64,000 nucleotides of DNA, from positions 55,480-119,479 of the forward strand of contig JAFWYF010000004.1 of assembly GCA_017522785.1 (NCBI GenBank), in the 5' to 3' direction. Numbering within the stretch: the stretch's first letter is position 1; each line of letters starts with the position of its first letter. The translations under genes were made by a program, and so were the position numbers. This document shows, piece by piece, positions 27,615 to 36,908 of this stretch. The notes under the pieces are model-generated. The model did not search any database and had not been told where the DNA came from. It saw nothing but the letters and a program-made list of their open reading frames with translations. The stretch is from Bacteroidaceae bacterium (GTDB lineage Bacteria > Bacteroidota > Bacteroidia > Bacteroidales > Bacteroidaceae).

Positions 27615-27622
27615 CAAATGTA
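27615..27622 (-). promoter_or_regulatory. candidate Bacteroidetes -7 promoter element (TACATTTG) for the nine-gene operon
   Basis: This is the only exact TAnnTTTG match on the minus strand between 27473 and 27780. It would place hairpin copy 1 at the start of a leader of about 135 nt. Confidence 0.3.
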
Positions 27623-27754
27623 TACAAAATATTGAAATAATCTCTAATTTATTAAAAAAAATCTTACATACCGCAAAAATTTCTATTAAATGTTTAGCAA
27701 ATGGCTCTATATGGTATGGCATTTGTAGTTGATTATCAGCCCATTTAGATTTTG

Positions 27755-27778
27755 TTCAAATCTCTTGTTAAGAGATTT
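27755..27778. promoter_or_regulatory. hairpin motif copy 2 (perfect 9-bp arms)
   Basis: ttcaaatctctt-gtt-aagagattt, with arms aaatctctt / aagagattt. Confidence 0.4.
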
Positions 27779-27905
27779 CGGTACTTACGAAACTTTCCTA
27801 TTCTTTGCGTATTTTTCATTATTTCACTTATAAATAATAGGAAGTTTTTTTACAGCTAAACGCAATAAATTCCCTTTTACTATTATGAATTACCTGTTTT
27901 GTTGC

Positions 27906-27913
27906 TATATTTG
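27906..27913 (+). promoter_or_regulatory. candidate -7 promoter element TATATTTG upstream of tcdA
   Basis: Exact TAnnTTTG match ending 16 nt before ATG 27930. Confidence 0.45.
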
Positions 27914-27929
27914 CTAACAAAAAACAGGT

Positions 27930-28637
27930 ATGGAGAAAAATTGGCTACAACGTGGCGAACTTATATTGGGAGAAGAGAAGCAACAGCGTTTGGCAAATGC
28001 ACATATTCTAATTGTAGGACTTGGCGGTGTTGGTTCTTGGGTTGCCGAAATGCTATGCAGAGCCGGTGTAGGCCAATTTACCATAATAGATGCAGACATT
28101 GTCGATGTTACTAACATTAATCGGCAAATGCCGGCCTTGCAAAGCACAGTGGGAAAAGCCAAATGCGATGTTGTAGCTGAACGTATGCGCGCAATAAACC
28201 CAAAAGTTCAACTTACAGTTGTAAACGAATTTATAGACGAAGAGAATATTCGACAACTTTTGGACAAGACAGAATATGACTTTGTGGTAGATGCAATAGA
28301 TACACTTCCTTCGAAAGCAGCACTGATTGTAGGATGTTGGCAAAGAGATATAAAAATTGTGTCGAGCATGGGAGCCGGAGCAAAGAGCAACCTATCGCAA
28401 ATACGCATCAGCGACCTGTGGAAGACAGAGCACTGCACATTGGCTAAGAACTTGCGCAGATTGTTGCGCGACTACCGCGGAAAGCAACATCTACCGGTTG
28501 TGTTCAGCATGGAGGAGCCAAACAAAAATGCTATTAGACCAAACCCCGTAGGCGGTAAGCCCATTATTGGTTCAATCGGATACTTTACAGCCACTTTCGG
28601 TTGCTACTTAACAGAATATACAATAGAAAATATATGA
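27930..28637 (+). CDS. tcdA: tRNA threonylcarbamoyladenosine dehydratase (ThiF/MoeB-family E1-like)
   Basis: [42 protein letters not shown] is a Rossmann/E1-like motif. The size of 235 aa is typical of TcdA/CsdL. Confidence 0.85.
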   Translation: MEKNWLQRGELILGEEKQQRLANAHILIVGLGGVGSWVAEMLCRAGVGQFTIIDADIVDVTNINRQMPALQSTVGKAKCDVVAERMRAINPKVQLTVVNEFIDEENIRQLLDKTEYDFVVDAIDTLPSKAALIVGCWQRDIKIVSSMGAGAKSNLSQIRISDLWKTEHCTLAKNLRRLLRDYRGKQHLPVVFSMEEPNKNAIRPNPVGGKPIIGSIGYFTATFGCYLTEYTIENI

Positions 28638-29299
28638 TTGAGATAAAAGGCGTTACAAAGAGTTTCGACAACCTTCGCGTACTTAAAGGCGTGGACCTTA
28701 AGATTGAAAAAGGAGAGGTTATAAGCATTGTTGGGCCTAGCGGCGCCGGCAAAACAACACTTTTGCAACTTATTGGCACATTAGACAAGCCCGACAGCGG
28801 TTCGATATGTTTTAATGGACGCGACCTTTGCACCATGAGCCAAAAAGAACTAGCGAAATTCCGCAACAAACATATTGGTTTTGTTTTTCAGTTTCATCAA
28901 TTACTACCTGAATTTACAGCATTGGAAAACATCACCATTCCTGCATTAATTGCCGGACGCAATCAACGCGACGCCGAGAAAGAGGCAATGGAGTTACTAA
29001 AGATTATGGGATTGGAAGAGCGTGCACACCACAAGCCTGCACAAATGTCGGGTGGAGAAAACCAGCGTGTAGCAGTTGCCCGTGCGCTTATTAACCACCC
29101 CGACGTGGTTCTTGCCGACGAGCCATCGGGAAGCCTCGACAGCTACAACAAAGAGGAACTGCACCGTCTGTTCTTTGAACTACGCGACCGCTTTGGACAG
29201 ACATTTCTAATTGTTACGCATGATGAAAAATTGGCAAGTATCACAGACAGAACAATCCACATGATTGATGGAACGATAGAAAGCATGTCTGTTAAATAA
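28634..29299 (+). CDS. lolD: ABC transporter ATP-binding protein, LolD/MacB-type
   Basis: Start is set to [11 protein letters not shown] (ATG 28634, an ATGA overlap with tcdA). Walker [10 protein letters not shown], signature [15 protein letters not shown], Walker B VVLADEP. Confidence 0.8.
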   Translation: MIEIKGVTKSFDNLRVLKGVDLKIEKGEVISIVGPSGAGKTTLLQLIGTLDKPDSGSICFNGRDLCTMSQKELAKFRNKHIGFVFQFHQLLPEFTALENITIPALIAGRNQRDAEKEAMELLKIMGLEERAHHKPAQMSGGENQRVAVARALINHPDVVLADEPSGSLDSYNKEELHRLFFELRDRFGQTFLIVTHDEKLASITDRTIHMIDGTIESMSVK

Positions 29300-29453
29300 A
29301 GTTAAATATAGGCATTCTCATTTTACTTTTCAAGAAATCCGATGTCATATAAGTGAGACAATGCTTTTATTGTCTTACTTGTTATTTTTCCAATGTTGGT
29401 GTCTACGGTTTCTTTTTTTTAGGGGAACCGTAGATTTCCCTAAAAAAACGTCT

Positions 29454-29897
29454 ATGAAAAAGGGATTTATTTTATTTACTGTTTGTGCGGTAGTTCTGTC
29501 GCTTAATGCACAAAACAGAGACAGGAGAGAAAAAGAGAGAACACCCGAAGAGGTTGCAACAAACCTCACCGAGGAATTGAACAGAGTTGTTGCACTTGAT
29601 AGTATTCAGTACCAAGCAATTTTTATAATGAATCTTTCAGATGTAATGAATTCATGGGACGAGATGAATGCTAACAGAGAGAGAGCCACTGCGGCGCGAA
29701 AAGAGGGAAGAAAAATTGAACGCCCTCGCTTGACCGAAGAACAGCGCAAAGCGCGCATGGAGGAGCGTCGTAAACGCAAAGAGATTCGAGACAGCAAGAT
29801 TAAGGAGATTTTGAGCAGTGAGCAATATGATAAATATTTAAAAGGCGAAGAAGAAAAGGCTCAGAAACGCAAAAGCCGTTCACATAGAAGAAACTGA
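29454..29897 (+). CDS. exported basic coiled-coil protein, hypothetical
   Basis: Start is set to MKKGFILFTVCAVVLSLNA-QNR, a signal peptide obeying the Q-rule. The rest is Arg/Lys/Glu-rich and helical. Confidence 0.6.
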   Translation: MKKGFILFTVCAVVLSLNAQNRDRREKERTPEEVATNLTEELNRVVALDSIQYQAIFIMNLSDVMNSWDEMNANRERATAARKEGRKIERPRLTEEQRKARMEERRKRKEIRDSKIKEILSSEQYDKYLKGEEEKAQKRKSRSHRRN

Positions 29898-29910
29898 GGA
29901 TAAGAAGAAT

Positions 29911-29954
29911 AAAACCAAAGATACAAGCATCGCGATGCTTGTATCTTTGGTTTT
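29911..29954. terminator. bidirectional rho-independent terminator between convergent genes
   Basis: Perfect palindrome aaaaccaaagatacaagcatcg/cgatgcttgtatctttggtttt flanked by an A run and a T run. It touches the rsgA stop codon. Confidence 0.75.
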
Positions 29955-30885
29955 ATTCTGAAGTTCTATATTTACCTTCGTCTTTGTCTTCGAGCATACT
30001 TAGATAGGATTGATAACGCGAAGGAGCAATGTGCCCCTCTTCCAATGCTTGCAGAACGGCACATCCCGGCTCATGAGTATGGGTGCAGTTTCCATATTTA
30101 CACCCACCCGACAACTCAAAGAATTCTACAAAATAGTGAGCTATCTCCTCACTATCCATGTCGTATGTACCAAAGCCTTTCACGCCCGGGGTATCTACAA
30201 TGAAACTACCGGGCATAAACTCGAACATCTGCGAGAAGGTGGTAGTGTGCATACCTTTATCGTGAGTTCTTGATATTTCTCCTGTGCGGGCGGCCACTTG
30301 CGGGGCAACAGCATTCACAAGGCTCGACTTACCGACTCCGGAGTTGCCTGCCAACAACGAAACTTTGCCACGCATCATCTCTTTTAGTTTGTCGATGCCC
30401 TCCCCTGTTGCAATAGATGTTTTGAGGCATCTGTAGCCAATGCTTTCATAAAGAGCAAACAGATAATCGAGTTCGGACAATTCGTCGGGAGCGTATAGGT
30501 CGGTTTTATTAAAAACCGGAACTACGGGCACACGATAGGCCTGAGCAGATGCTAGAAAACGGTCTATAAAGGTTGTAGAGGTTACTGGATGATTGATAGT
30601 TATCACAAGGAAACATAAATCGAGATTTGCCGCAAGTATGTGCGACTGTTTCGACAAATTAGATGCCTTACGCACAATATAATTTTTTCGTGGCAAAATA
30701 TCGACAATATACGCAGTGCCATCGTCGCGTTGCGACAACGAGACATTGTCGCCAACAGCAACCGGGTTTGTACTTTTAATTCCTTTGAGACGGAAATTAC
30801 CCTTTATTCGACACTCAACCAATGTGCCATCTTCGAGACGAACATCGTAGACGCTGCCGGAACTTTTAACTACTAATCCTTGCAC
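29953..30885 (-). CDS. rsgA: ribosome small subunit-dependent GTPase A
   Basis: N-terminal OB fold, permuted GTPase motifs (NKTDL ... GNSGVGKSSLVN), and the zinc knuckle CKYGNCTHTHEPGCAV. Confidence 0.9.
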   Translation of the reverse strand: MQGLVVKSSGSVYDVRLEDGTLVECRIKGNFRLKGIKSTNPVAVGDNVSLSQRDDGTAYIVDILPRKNYIVRKASNLSKQSHILAANLDLCFLVITINHPVTSTTFIDRFLASAQAYRVPVVPVFNKTDLYAPDELSELDYLFALYESIGYRCLKTSIATGEGIDKLKEMMRGKVSLLAGNSGVGKSSLVNAVAPQVAARTGEISRTHDKGMHTTTFSQMFEFMPGSFIVDTPGVKGFGTYDMDSEEIAHYFVEFFELSGGCKYGNCTHTHEPGCAVLQALEEGHIAPSRYQSYLSMLEDKDEGKYRTSE

Positions 30886-30906
30886 TCTGAACCCTATTTC
30901 GTACCG

Positions 30907-31467
30907 TTAGACGGTCATAATCTCCTTCTCTTTTGTTGCAAAAATCTCTTCGGCTCTCTTAATATATTTGTCGTGAATTTTCTGCAATTTCTCTTCGCCA
31001 TCCTTTGACAAGTCTTCGGGCATGCCATCTTTCACAGCTTTCTTGAGTGAATCGATTCCATCGCGACGCGCATTACGTACACTGATTTTTGCAGTTTCCA
31101 ATTCACGAGAGCACTGCTTAACAAGCTGTTCACGACGCTCACCGGTTAATGGGGGTATTGCAACAATAATTACTTCTCCGTTGTTAGCAGGCATAATTCC
31201 TACAGGAGAATCGATGATAGCCTTTTCTATTGCGCTGAACATACTCTTGTCCCATGGTTTAATGGAGATTGTACGCATGTCGGGTGTGGTAATGGTTGCC
31301 ACATTATTGAGAGGGACCTCGGAACCGTAGGAGCTGACTCTTACACAGTCGAGCAAATGAGGATTTGCTTTTCCGGCACGTATATGTGAATACTCTTCTT
31401 CGAGATGCATTATTGCAAGTTCCATCATCTCTTCGGCTTCGTTCAAACAGGTTTTTACGTCTAACAT
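30907..31467 (-). CDS. frr: ribosome recycling factor
   Basis: 186 aa with full-length RRF pattern (IRAGKANPHLLD ... PPLTGERREQLVK ... VRNARRD). Confidence 0.95.
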   Translation of the reverse strand: MLDVKTCLNEAEEMMELAIMHLEEEYSHIRAGKANPHLLDCVRVSSYGSEVPLNNVATITTPDMRTISIKPWDKSMFSAIEKAIIDSPVGIMPANNGEVIIVAIPPLTGERREQLVKQCSRELETAKISVRNARRDGIDSLKKAVKDGMPEDLSKDGEEKLQKIHDKYIKRAEEIFATKEKEIMTV

Positions 31468-31561
31468 ATCTATTTTGTTTTAGTTAATTATTCAATTAAA
31501 ACAGAAATACCCGCACTTACTCATGAGAATATTTAGTTTTGACAAAAATAAAGAGAAAGAA

Positions 31562-31569
31562 CGAAGATA
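31562..31569 (-). promoter_or_regulatory. candidate -7 element TATCTTCG upstream of frr
   Basis: Minus-strand TATCTTCG about 95 nt upstream of the frr start. It belongs to the recurrent motif listed in the findings. Confidence 0.4.
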
Positions 31570-31785
31570 CTATATAATTAAGTTTTTTTAACAGTTAGGT
31601 GTAAAACTAGTGGAAACCTGCCGAATTCTAAAAAAGGAGAGAGAAAGAACATGTATACATAACTGCTTATTATTTTTTTAACCAACCAACATTGCCGGAT
31701 AATTGTTTCTCATACATAGAAAATGTGTTATCAATAGAACCGAAGGATAAAGAAGTTGGTTTAGTAAAAAAGGAAGGAGAATATT

Positions 31786-32037
31786 ATGAGCAATAGAAGA
31801 GGACAGCGCAACTTTGTACAAGTTTATAGTGGAAACTTGTGGCAGGCACAAATTATTCAAGGCTTGCTGGAGGCGAACAACATTATATGCATATTAAAGA
31901 ACAACAGTGCATCGGCTGTAACATCGCCCTACACAGATACAGCAGGAGAGGTACTGGTTATGGTAGACAACCGCGACACGAAATTTGCTAACATTATTAT
32001 AGAAGAGTGCTCTTTGTCTTCGAACCCTTACAATTAA
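31786..32037 (+). CDS. small DUF2007-like (putative signal-transducing) protein
   Basis: 83 aa. FVQVYSGNLWQAQIIQGLLEANNIICILKN fits the DUF2007 beta-alpha-beta pattern, but the call is weak. Confidence 0.45.
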   Translation: MSNRRGQRNFVQVYSGNLWQAQIIQGLLEANNIICILKNNSASAVTSPYTDTAGEVLVMVDNRDTKFANIIIEECSLSSNPYN

Positions 32038-32136
32038 AAAAAGGGTAATAGATTAGCAGAATTTCTAAAACATTTCTCTTTAGGAATCGAATATTCCCTG
32101 TTCTTTATATTAAAGATGCATATAACAGACAAAAAT

Positions 32137-32165
32137 ATAATGGACACCTTTTGGGTGTCCATTAT
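32137..32165 (-). terminator. rho-independent terminator of rplS
   Basis: 12-bp stem ataatggacacc / ggtgtccattat, followed on the minus strand by ATTTTTG. It lies 27 nt past the rplS stop. Confidence 0.65.
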
Positions 32166-32191
32166 ATTTACAAATTTCTGTGTGGTAATGC

Positions 32192-32542
32192 TTATCCTTT
32201 AATCTCTTTGATACGAGCCTTCTTACCTGTAAGAGCACGAAGATAATAAAGTTTTGCACGACGAACACGACCACGTTTATTAACAGTGATGCTGTCAATA
32301 GAGGGTGAGTTCAATGGGAAGATACGCTCAACACCTACTGTACCCGACATTTTGCGGACAGTGAAACGTTTTTCGTTACCATGTCCACAGATTTTGATAA
32401 CAACACCGCGATACATCTGGATACGCTCTTTTGTTCCCTCGATAATTTTGTATGCTACTGTTACAGTATCACCGGGAGTGAACTCCATTTCACGTTTTAC
32501 ATCAGTAGCAAATGCTTCTTTAGCAATTTTAATTAAATCCAT
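32192..32542 (-). CDS. rplS: 50S ribosomal protein L19
   Basis: Start is set to [38 protein letters not shown] and [10 protein letters not shown] are canonical L19 blocks. Confidence 0.95.
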   Translation of the reverse strand: MDLIKIAKEAFATDVKREMEFTPGDTVTVAYKIIEGTKERIQMYRGVVIKICGHGNEKRFTVRKMSGTVGVERIFPLNSPSIDSITVNKRGRVRRAKLYYLRALTGKKARIKEIKG

Positions 32543-32628
32543 TTTTGTGATTTGTTTAAATTGTTCATTTCTCCAACGCAACATATCAAGTTACCCTTCC
32601 TTGACAGCGATTACGCCGAAAGCGGTTG

Positions 32629-32636
32629 CAAAGATA
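32629..32636 (-). promoter_or_regulatory. candidate -7 element TATCTTTG upstream of rplS
   Basis: Exact TAnnTTTG on the minus strand about 87 nt upstream of the start. Confidence 0.45.
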
Positions 32637-32742
32637 AGACTTTTTTTGTTAAGCTGTTAAAAATTTGAGGATTATTTTTTGATGTTAGAAAAAACCTGCA
32701 TAAAAAAGCGAGAATTATTGCTTGTTATTGGCAACAAAAATG

Positions 32743-32750
32743 TACTTTTG
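32743..32750 (+). promoter_or_regulatory. candidate -7 element TACTTTTG upstream of the 5'-nucleotidase gene pair
   Basis: Exact TAnnTTTG ending 18 nt before ATG 32769. Confidence 0.45.
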
Positions 32751-32768
32751 GGGATCTAAAAAAAGAAG

Positions 32769-33524
32769 ATGGGAACAAGGTTTATAACATTAATTCTTGC
32801 ATTGTCGATATTATTGTCGTGCAGAGAGAAGAGAGAAATAAAAACAATCGAAGGACGTTGCATTGCCGTTACTACAATTGAGCAGAACGGTGTTGCCGAG
32901 CAGGTGCGCAAGCTAATAGAAAATGGAAATGCTGCGGTAGATAGTGTAAAAGCGCCTATCATAGGAGAATGTGCAAAAAGACTCACACTATTCAGCCCCG
33001 AAAGCCCACTAATGAATTTTGCAGCCGACGCTCTTATGAAAATGGCAAAACGTCATAGCAAAGAGAGAATTGACATTGCTATAACAAACAAAGGCGGACT
33101 ACGTAGCGAAATTAACGAAGGGACCATTACATTTGGTGATATTTACAATGTGTTTCCATTCGAGAACACATTGGTTTTGCTCACTTTAGACGGTAAACAG
33201 TTATGGAAGCTATTCGAAGAGATAGCAAAAGAGGATGGTGAAGCTATAAGCGGAGCAAAAATAGAGATGACCCAAAATGGCAAATTAATTAATGCAACAG
33301 TAGCAGGCAAACCTATTGTGCCGACAAAAAGATATCGCATTGCAACGTCGGACTATCTGTCTCAAGGAAACGATGGGTTAAGCACACTTGCCACCGGAAT
33401 CGACAAAATAGAGTACAGCGTAACAATACGCGACCTTATGATTGAATACGTTGAGTCGTTAGACAAACAAGAAGTGGCGGTAGATGCCGATTGTGATGGG
33501 AGAATTAAAATAGTTACCGAATGA
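32769..33524 (+). CDS. 5'-nucleotidase C-terminal (substrate-binding) domain lipoprotein
   Basis: Lipobox ILLSC. NKGGLRSEINEGTITFGDIYNVFPFENTLV and ATSDYLSQGNDG are typical of the UshA C-terminal domain. Confidence 0.75.
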   Translation: MGTRFITLILALSILLSCREKREIKTIEGRCIAVTTIEQNGVAEQVRKLIENGNAAVDSVKAPIIGECAKRLTLFSPESPLMNFAADALMKMAKRHSKERIDIAITNKGGLRSEINEGTITFGDIYNVFPFENTLVLLTLDGKQLWKLFEEIAKEDGEAISGAKIEMTQNGKLINATVAGKPIVPTKRYRIATSDYLSQGNDGLSTLATGIDKIEYSVTIRDLMIEYVESLDKQEVAVDADCDGRIKIVTE

Positions 33525-33534
33525 AAAAGAGTAT

Positions 33535-34350
33535 ATGAAAAAGACAACAATAGTTCTATTATTATCACTTTTAATATGTGCATGTACACACAAAGATAAT
33601 TGTTTAACTATACTGCACACCAACGACACTCACAGCCACATAGAGGCCGAAAAGAATGGAAACGGCGGAGCACTGAACAGAGCATTGCTCATTGAACAAC
33701 TTCGCGACTCTATTGGAAAGGAAAACATGTTACTATTGGATTGTGGAGATTTTTCTCAAGGTTCATTATATTATAATATTTATAAGGGAGCATTTGAGAT
33801 TGATATTATGAATGCCATGGGCTACGATGCCGGCACCATTGGCAACCATGAATTCGATTTTGGCATAGAGAACCTTGCAAATCTTGTAAAGAGAGCCAAA
33901 TTCCCATTTGTATGTGCCAACTACGATTTTACTGACACTCCTTGCGAAGGAGTGATTAGCCCTTATATTATTATTGAACGAGGAGGAAACAAGATTGGGA
34001 TTTTTGGTTTATCACCCGACCCCGAAGGACTTGTACTAAAAGAGAACTACAAAGGGGTGAAGTTCATTTCTCCGATAGATGCAACAAACCGTTGCGTAGA
34101 GGAATTGAGAAAGCAAAACTGCGACATAGTTATTTGCCTTTCGCATTTGGGATGGAAGATTAACAACGAGTACAACGACGAACGACTGGCCACAGAGACA
34201 AGTGGAATAGACATTATTTTGGGTGGGCACTCTCACGACTATTTCGAAGAACCAAAGTTATACAAAAATAGGGAAGGCAAAGATGTACTGATGCAACAAG
34301 CCGGTAAATATGGCAGGTACTTGGGTGAAATAAAGGTTACAGTAAAATGA
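33535..34350 (+). CDS. calcineurin-like metallophosphoesterase (5'-nucleotidase N-terminal catalytic domain) lipoprotein
   Basis: Lipobox LICAC, plus the motifs ILHTNDTHSH, DCGDFSQG, GNHEFDFG and LSHLG ... GGHSH. Confidence 0.85.
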   Translation: MKKTTIVLLLSLLICACTHKDNCLTILHTNDTHSHIEAEKNGNGGALNRALLIEQLRDSIGKENMLLLDCGDFSQGSLYYNIYKGAFEIDIMNAMGYDAGTIGNHEFDFGIENLANLVKRAKFPFVCANYDFTDTPCEGVISPYIIIERGGNKIGIFGLSPDPEGLVLKENYKGVKFISPIDATNRCVEELRKQNCDIVICLSHLGWKINNEYNDERLATETSGIDIILGGHSHDYFEEPKLYKNREGKDVLMQQAGKYGRYLGEIKVTVK

Positions 34351-34423
34351 GTCTTACTCATTTACATTTGTAACTATTTTCTTAAAATTCATTAAGAGGA
34401 GGTATATATTTAACAACTTTATC

Positions 34424-34431
34424 TATTTTTG
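34424..34431 (+). promoter_or_regulatory. candidate -7 element TATTTTTG upstream of the TlpA-like gene
   Basis: Exact TAnnTTTG 45 nt before ATG 34477. A second match, TACATTTG, lies at 34363-34370. Confidence 0.4.
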
Positions 34432-34476
34432 CAACCTACAAACAGATTTCTAATAAACCATATAAATAATTAAAGC

Positions 34477-35553
34477 ATGAAAAAACTTATTTTTTGCACC
34501 GCTGCATTTGCAACATTAATTGCTTGCCAACCTAAACAGACAAGCTTCGTAATTAACGGAACCGTTTCGGACACACTGCTAAACGGCAACCAAATTTATC
34601 TTATTGATATTAACGAAAACAAAGCGGTGGATTCTGTAGCAATTGCCGACTGTAAATTCTCATTCACAGGAATGTTGGAAAAACCGGCAGTACGTCGTAT
34701 ACAAATTGGACGTAATATTGCCGAGGTAATTCTCGACAACAACACAACTGCCAACGTTGCGTTGGGTGAATCACCTCTAAGAATCTCTGACAACGGTGGA
34801 TATAACGACAAATTCTCAGAAATTGCCGAACAAGTTACAACAGGTTTTGCATCGCTCAAAGCTGTGTATGATTCATTGTTAAATACAGAACTATCTAAAG
34901 AGGAAATTTCGGTTATCATGGATAAGAAGCGAGAAGAGACATATAACATTTTCCACACAGCAATAGACAACAACAAAGACAACATTCTTGGAGGATACCT
35001 TTTGATGACAACTGTAAACATGCTTTATCCCAATGTTGCAGCACTCGACTCTATAATGGAAGTCGTTACTACTTCAAAAGATTTCACATACACAAACAAA
35101 TATCGTAATACTTTATTCCACAAGGAGGCAACACAAGCCGGCAAGATGTTTACCGATTTCAACGGCAAGAACATCGATGGTACTGCTACTAAATTATCGG
35201 ACCATGTAGGAAAAGGCAAATATGTACTTGCAGACTTTTGGGCAAGCTGGTGCGCTCCATGCCGTCGCGAAATACCCAACCTCATTGAGTTGCAGAAGAA
35301 ATTTGGCGGTAACAAGTTTACTGTACTTGGAATTAACGTTTGGGACAAAGACGCCGAATTTAAGAAGGCAATAGAAGAGGAGAAGATGAATTACCCACAA
35401 TTGTATGCATCTGACGACAATACAGCAACCGAACTATACGGCATACAAGGAATTCCTCAAATTATTTTATTTGCCCCCGACGGTACAATTATTGCACGCA
35501 ACCTCAGAGGCGAAGCAATGAAAAAATTAGTAGAAGAAGAGATGGGAAAATAA
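34477..35553 (+). CDS. TlpA-family thiol:disulfide oxidoreductase lipoprotein (N-terminal DUF4369-like plus thioredoxin domain)
   Basis: Lipobox LIAC and the active site WASWCAPCRREIP. Confidence 0.85.
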   Translation: MKKLIFCTAAFATLIACQPKQTSFVINGTVSDTLLNGNQIYLIDINENKAVDSVAIADCKFSFTGMLEKPAVRRIQIGRNIAEVILDNNTTANVALGESPLRISDNGGYNDKFSEIAEQVTTGFASLKAVYDSLLNTELSKEEISVIMDKKREETYNIFHTAIDNNKDNILGGYLLMTTVNMLYPNVAALDSIMEVVTTSKDFTYTNKYRNTLFHKEATQAGKMFTDFNGKNIDGTATKLSDHVGKGKYVLADFWASWCAPCRREIPNLIELQKKFGGNKFTVLGINVWDKDAEFKKAIEEEKMNYPQLYASDDNTATELYGIQGIPQIILFAPDGTIIARNLRGEAMKKLVEEEMGK

Positions 35554-35569
35554 ATTATATACGATGAAT

Positions 35570-35597
35570 AAAAAAAGGCTCCTAGGAGCCTTTTTTT
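35570..35597. terminator. bidirectional rho-independent terminator
   Basis: aaaaaaaggctcctaggagccttttttt: a perfect GC-rich palindrome between an A7 run and a T7 run. Confidence 0.8.
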
Positions 35598-35889
35598 ATT
35601 GTATAAATATCTTCTTCACTACAGATAGACCATCTGCCGTTGCAATTTTCACAATATAGAGACCCGAATTATCGAAGTTGATATAATGTATAACAGATAG
35701 GGTGGAGATTGATTTAATTAAAGCTCCACGAGCATCCACTATTTCAATATTGGATATTTTTCTATCAAAAGCATCAATAGTAAGCATTTTATTGTCTACA
35801 TAGACATTTATTGCATTTGTATTTGAGTCTACAGACATTGCTGTATCAGAAAGAGCCACATCTACACTTATACAATTTTCGGGTAACAT
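35596..35889 (-). pseudogene. orphan T9SS C-terminal sorting domain (remnant of a secreted protein gene)
   Basis: 97 codons. INVYVDNKMLTIDAFDRKISNIEIVDARGALIKSIS ... SGLYIVKIATADGLSVVKKIFIQ fits the Por secretion tail. There is no signal peptide and no cargo domain, and stops occur in the 80 nt upstream. Confidence 0.5.
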
Positions 35890-35970
35890 AAATGAGAGTT
35901 CGTTTCCTTCAAAATAATTAACCCTATCATATTTTTGTATAGTTCATAGAAACAGATTTGAATCCATCAC

Positions 35971-36621
35971 TTACTCTTTCTCTCCAAAGCAGAGGTCTCC
36001 GGCATCGCCTAATCCCGGCACTATATAGTAGTGCTCGTTAAGTGTTGGATCGATTGCGGCACAATAGAGTATTGTATTACTTGGAAAATGTTCTTTTACA
36101 TACTCCACAGCCTGACGACTTGCAATGACCGATGCCAACACCACTTTCGAAGGTGTTCCTTTTGTGCATAGTGCGCGGAAACTGAGTTCTGCACTATAGC
36201 CTGTAGCAAGCATTGGATCGACAAGCAACAATGTTTTGTTATCGAGACGAGGAGATGCCAGATATTCCACATGCACGTCAAAGTGAGTTTCATCGGTGTA
36301 TTTACGATAGGCTGAAACAAAAGCATTCTCGGCCCTATCGAAATAGTTATGAAAACCGGCATGCAGAGGCAATCCGGCACGTAATATTGTACCTAGAACT
36401 ACCTTGTCGGCAGGAACATTTTGAACAGACTCTCCCAATGGAGTTGTTACAGTTTGCGCTTCATAAGATAATTCACGACTAATCTCATAGGCCATTATTT
36501 CACCTATGCGCTCTATGTTGCGACGAAAACGCAAACTATCTTTTTGAATATTAACATCTCGTATCTCTGCAACAAAACGGTTAAGGATTGTATTTTGCAA
36601 CGACAAATCTACTATTTTCAT
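35971..36621 (-). CDS. upp: uracil phosphoribosyltransferase
   Basis: 216 aa. PRPP-binding motif LLLVDPMLATGYSA and C-terminal YIVPGLGDAGD. Confidence 0.9.
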   Translation of the reverse strand: MKIVDLSLQNTILNRFVAEIRDVNIQKDSLRFRRNIERIGEIMAYEISRELSYEAQTVTTPLGESVQNVPADKVVLGTILRAGLPLHAGFHNYFDRAENAFVSAYRKYTDETHFDVHVEYLASPRLDNKTLLLVDPMLATGYSAELSFRALCTKGTPSKVVLASVIASRQAVEYVKEHFPSNTILYCAAIDPTLNEHYYIVPGLGDAGDLCFGEKE

Positions 36622-36656
36622 AACTAAAGTCTATTTTAGTAACTATTTTTCACTTG

Positions 36657-36664
36657 CGAAGATA
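36657..36664 (-). promoter_or_regulatory. candidate -7 element TATCTTCG upstream of upp
   Basis: Minus-strand TGTATCTTCGCAAG 36 nt upstream of the start. Confidence 0.45.
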
Positions 36665-36900
36665 CAACAACTTATCGAAATTGCAGGTAAAGAGGTGTCA
36701 ATTATTGAAAATTTAGTGGGAAATAGAATATTTTATTGCAAAAATAAAAATTATTTTTCGCATATCAATAAAGTATTAACATTTTGTTCTACAACTATTT
36801 AGAGAAGACTTTAACAAAAGTAAAGATAAAAGAATACATAATTTCACACTAATTAAAGAAAAATTTCTTTAATAGTTTTCGTAGTTTAACCAAAAAAATA

Positions 36901-36908
36901 TATCTTTG
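36901..36908 (+). promoter_or_regulatory. candidate -7 element TATCTTTG upstream of pckA
   Basis: Exact TAnnTTTG about 100 nt upstream of ATG 37009, at the end of a 387-nt AT-rich spacer. Confidence 0.45.

Noticed and set aside
27483-27722. The 79-aa minus-strand ORF in the intergenic region upstream of the operon.
   Set aside because: It is a low-complexity Ile/Leu/Phe-rich translation of AT-rich DNA with no start context or recognisable motif. It overlaps the hairpin and promoter candidates, so it is most likely non-coding.
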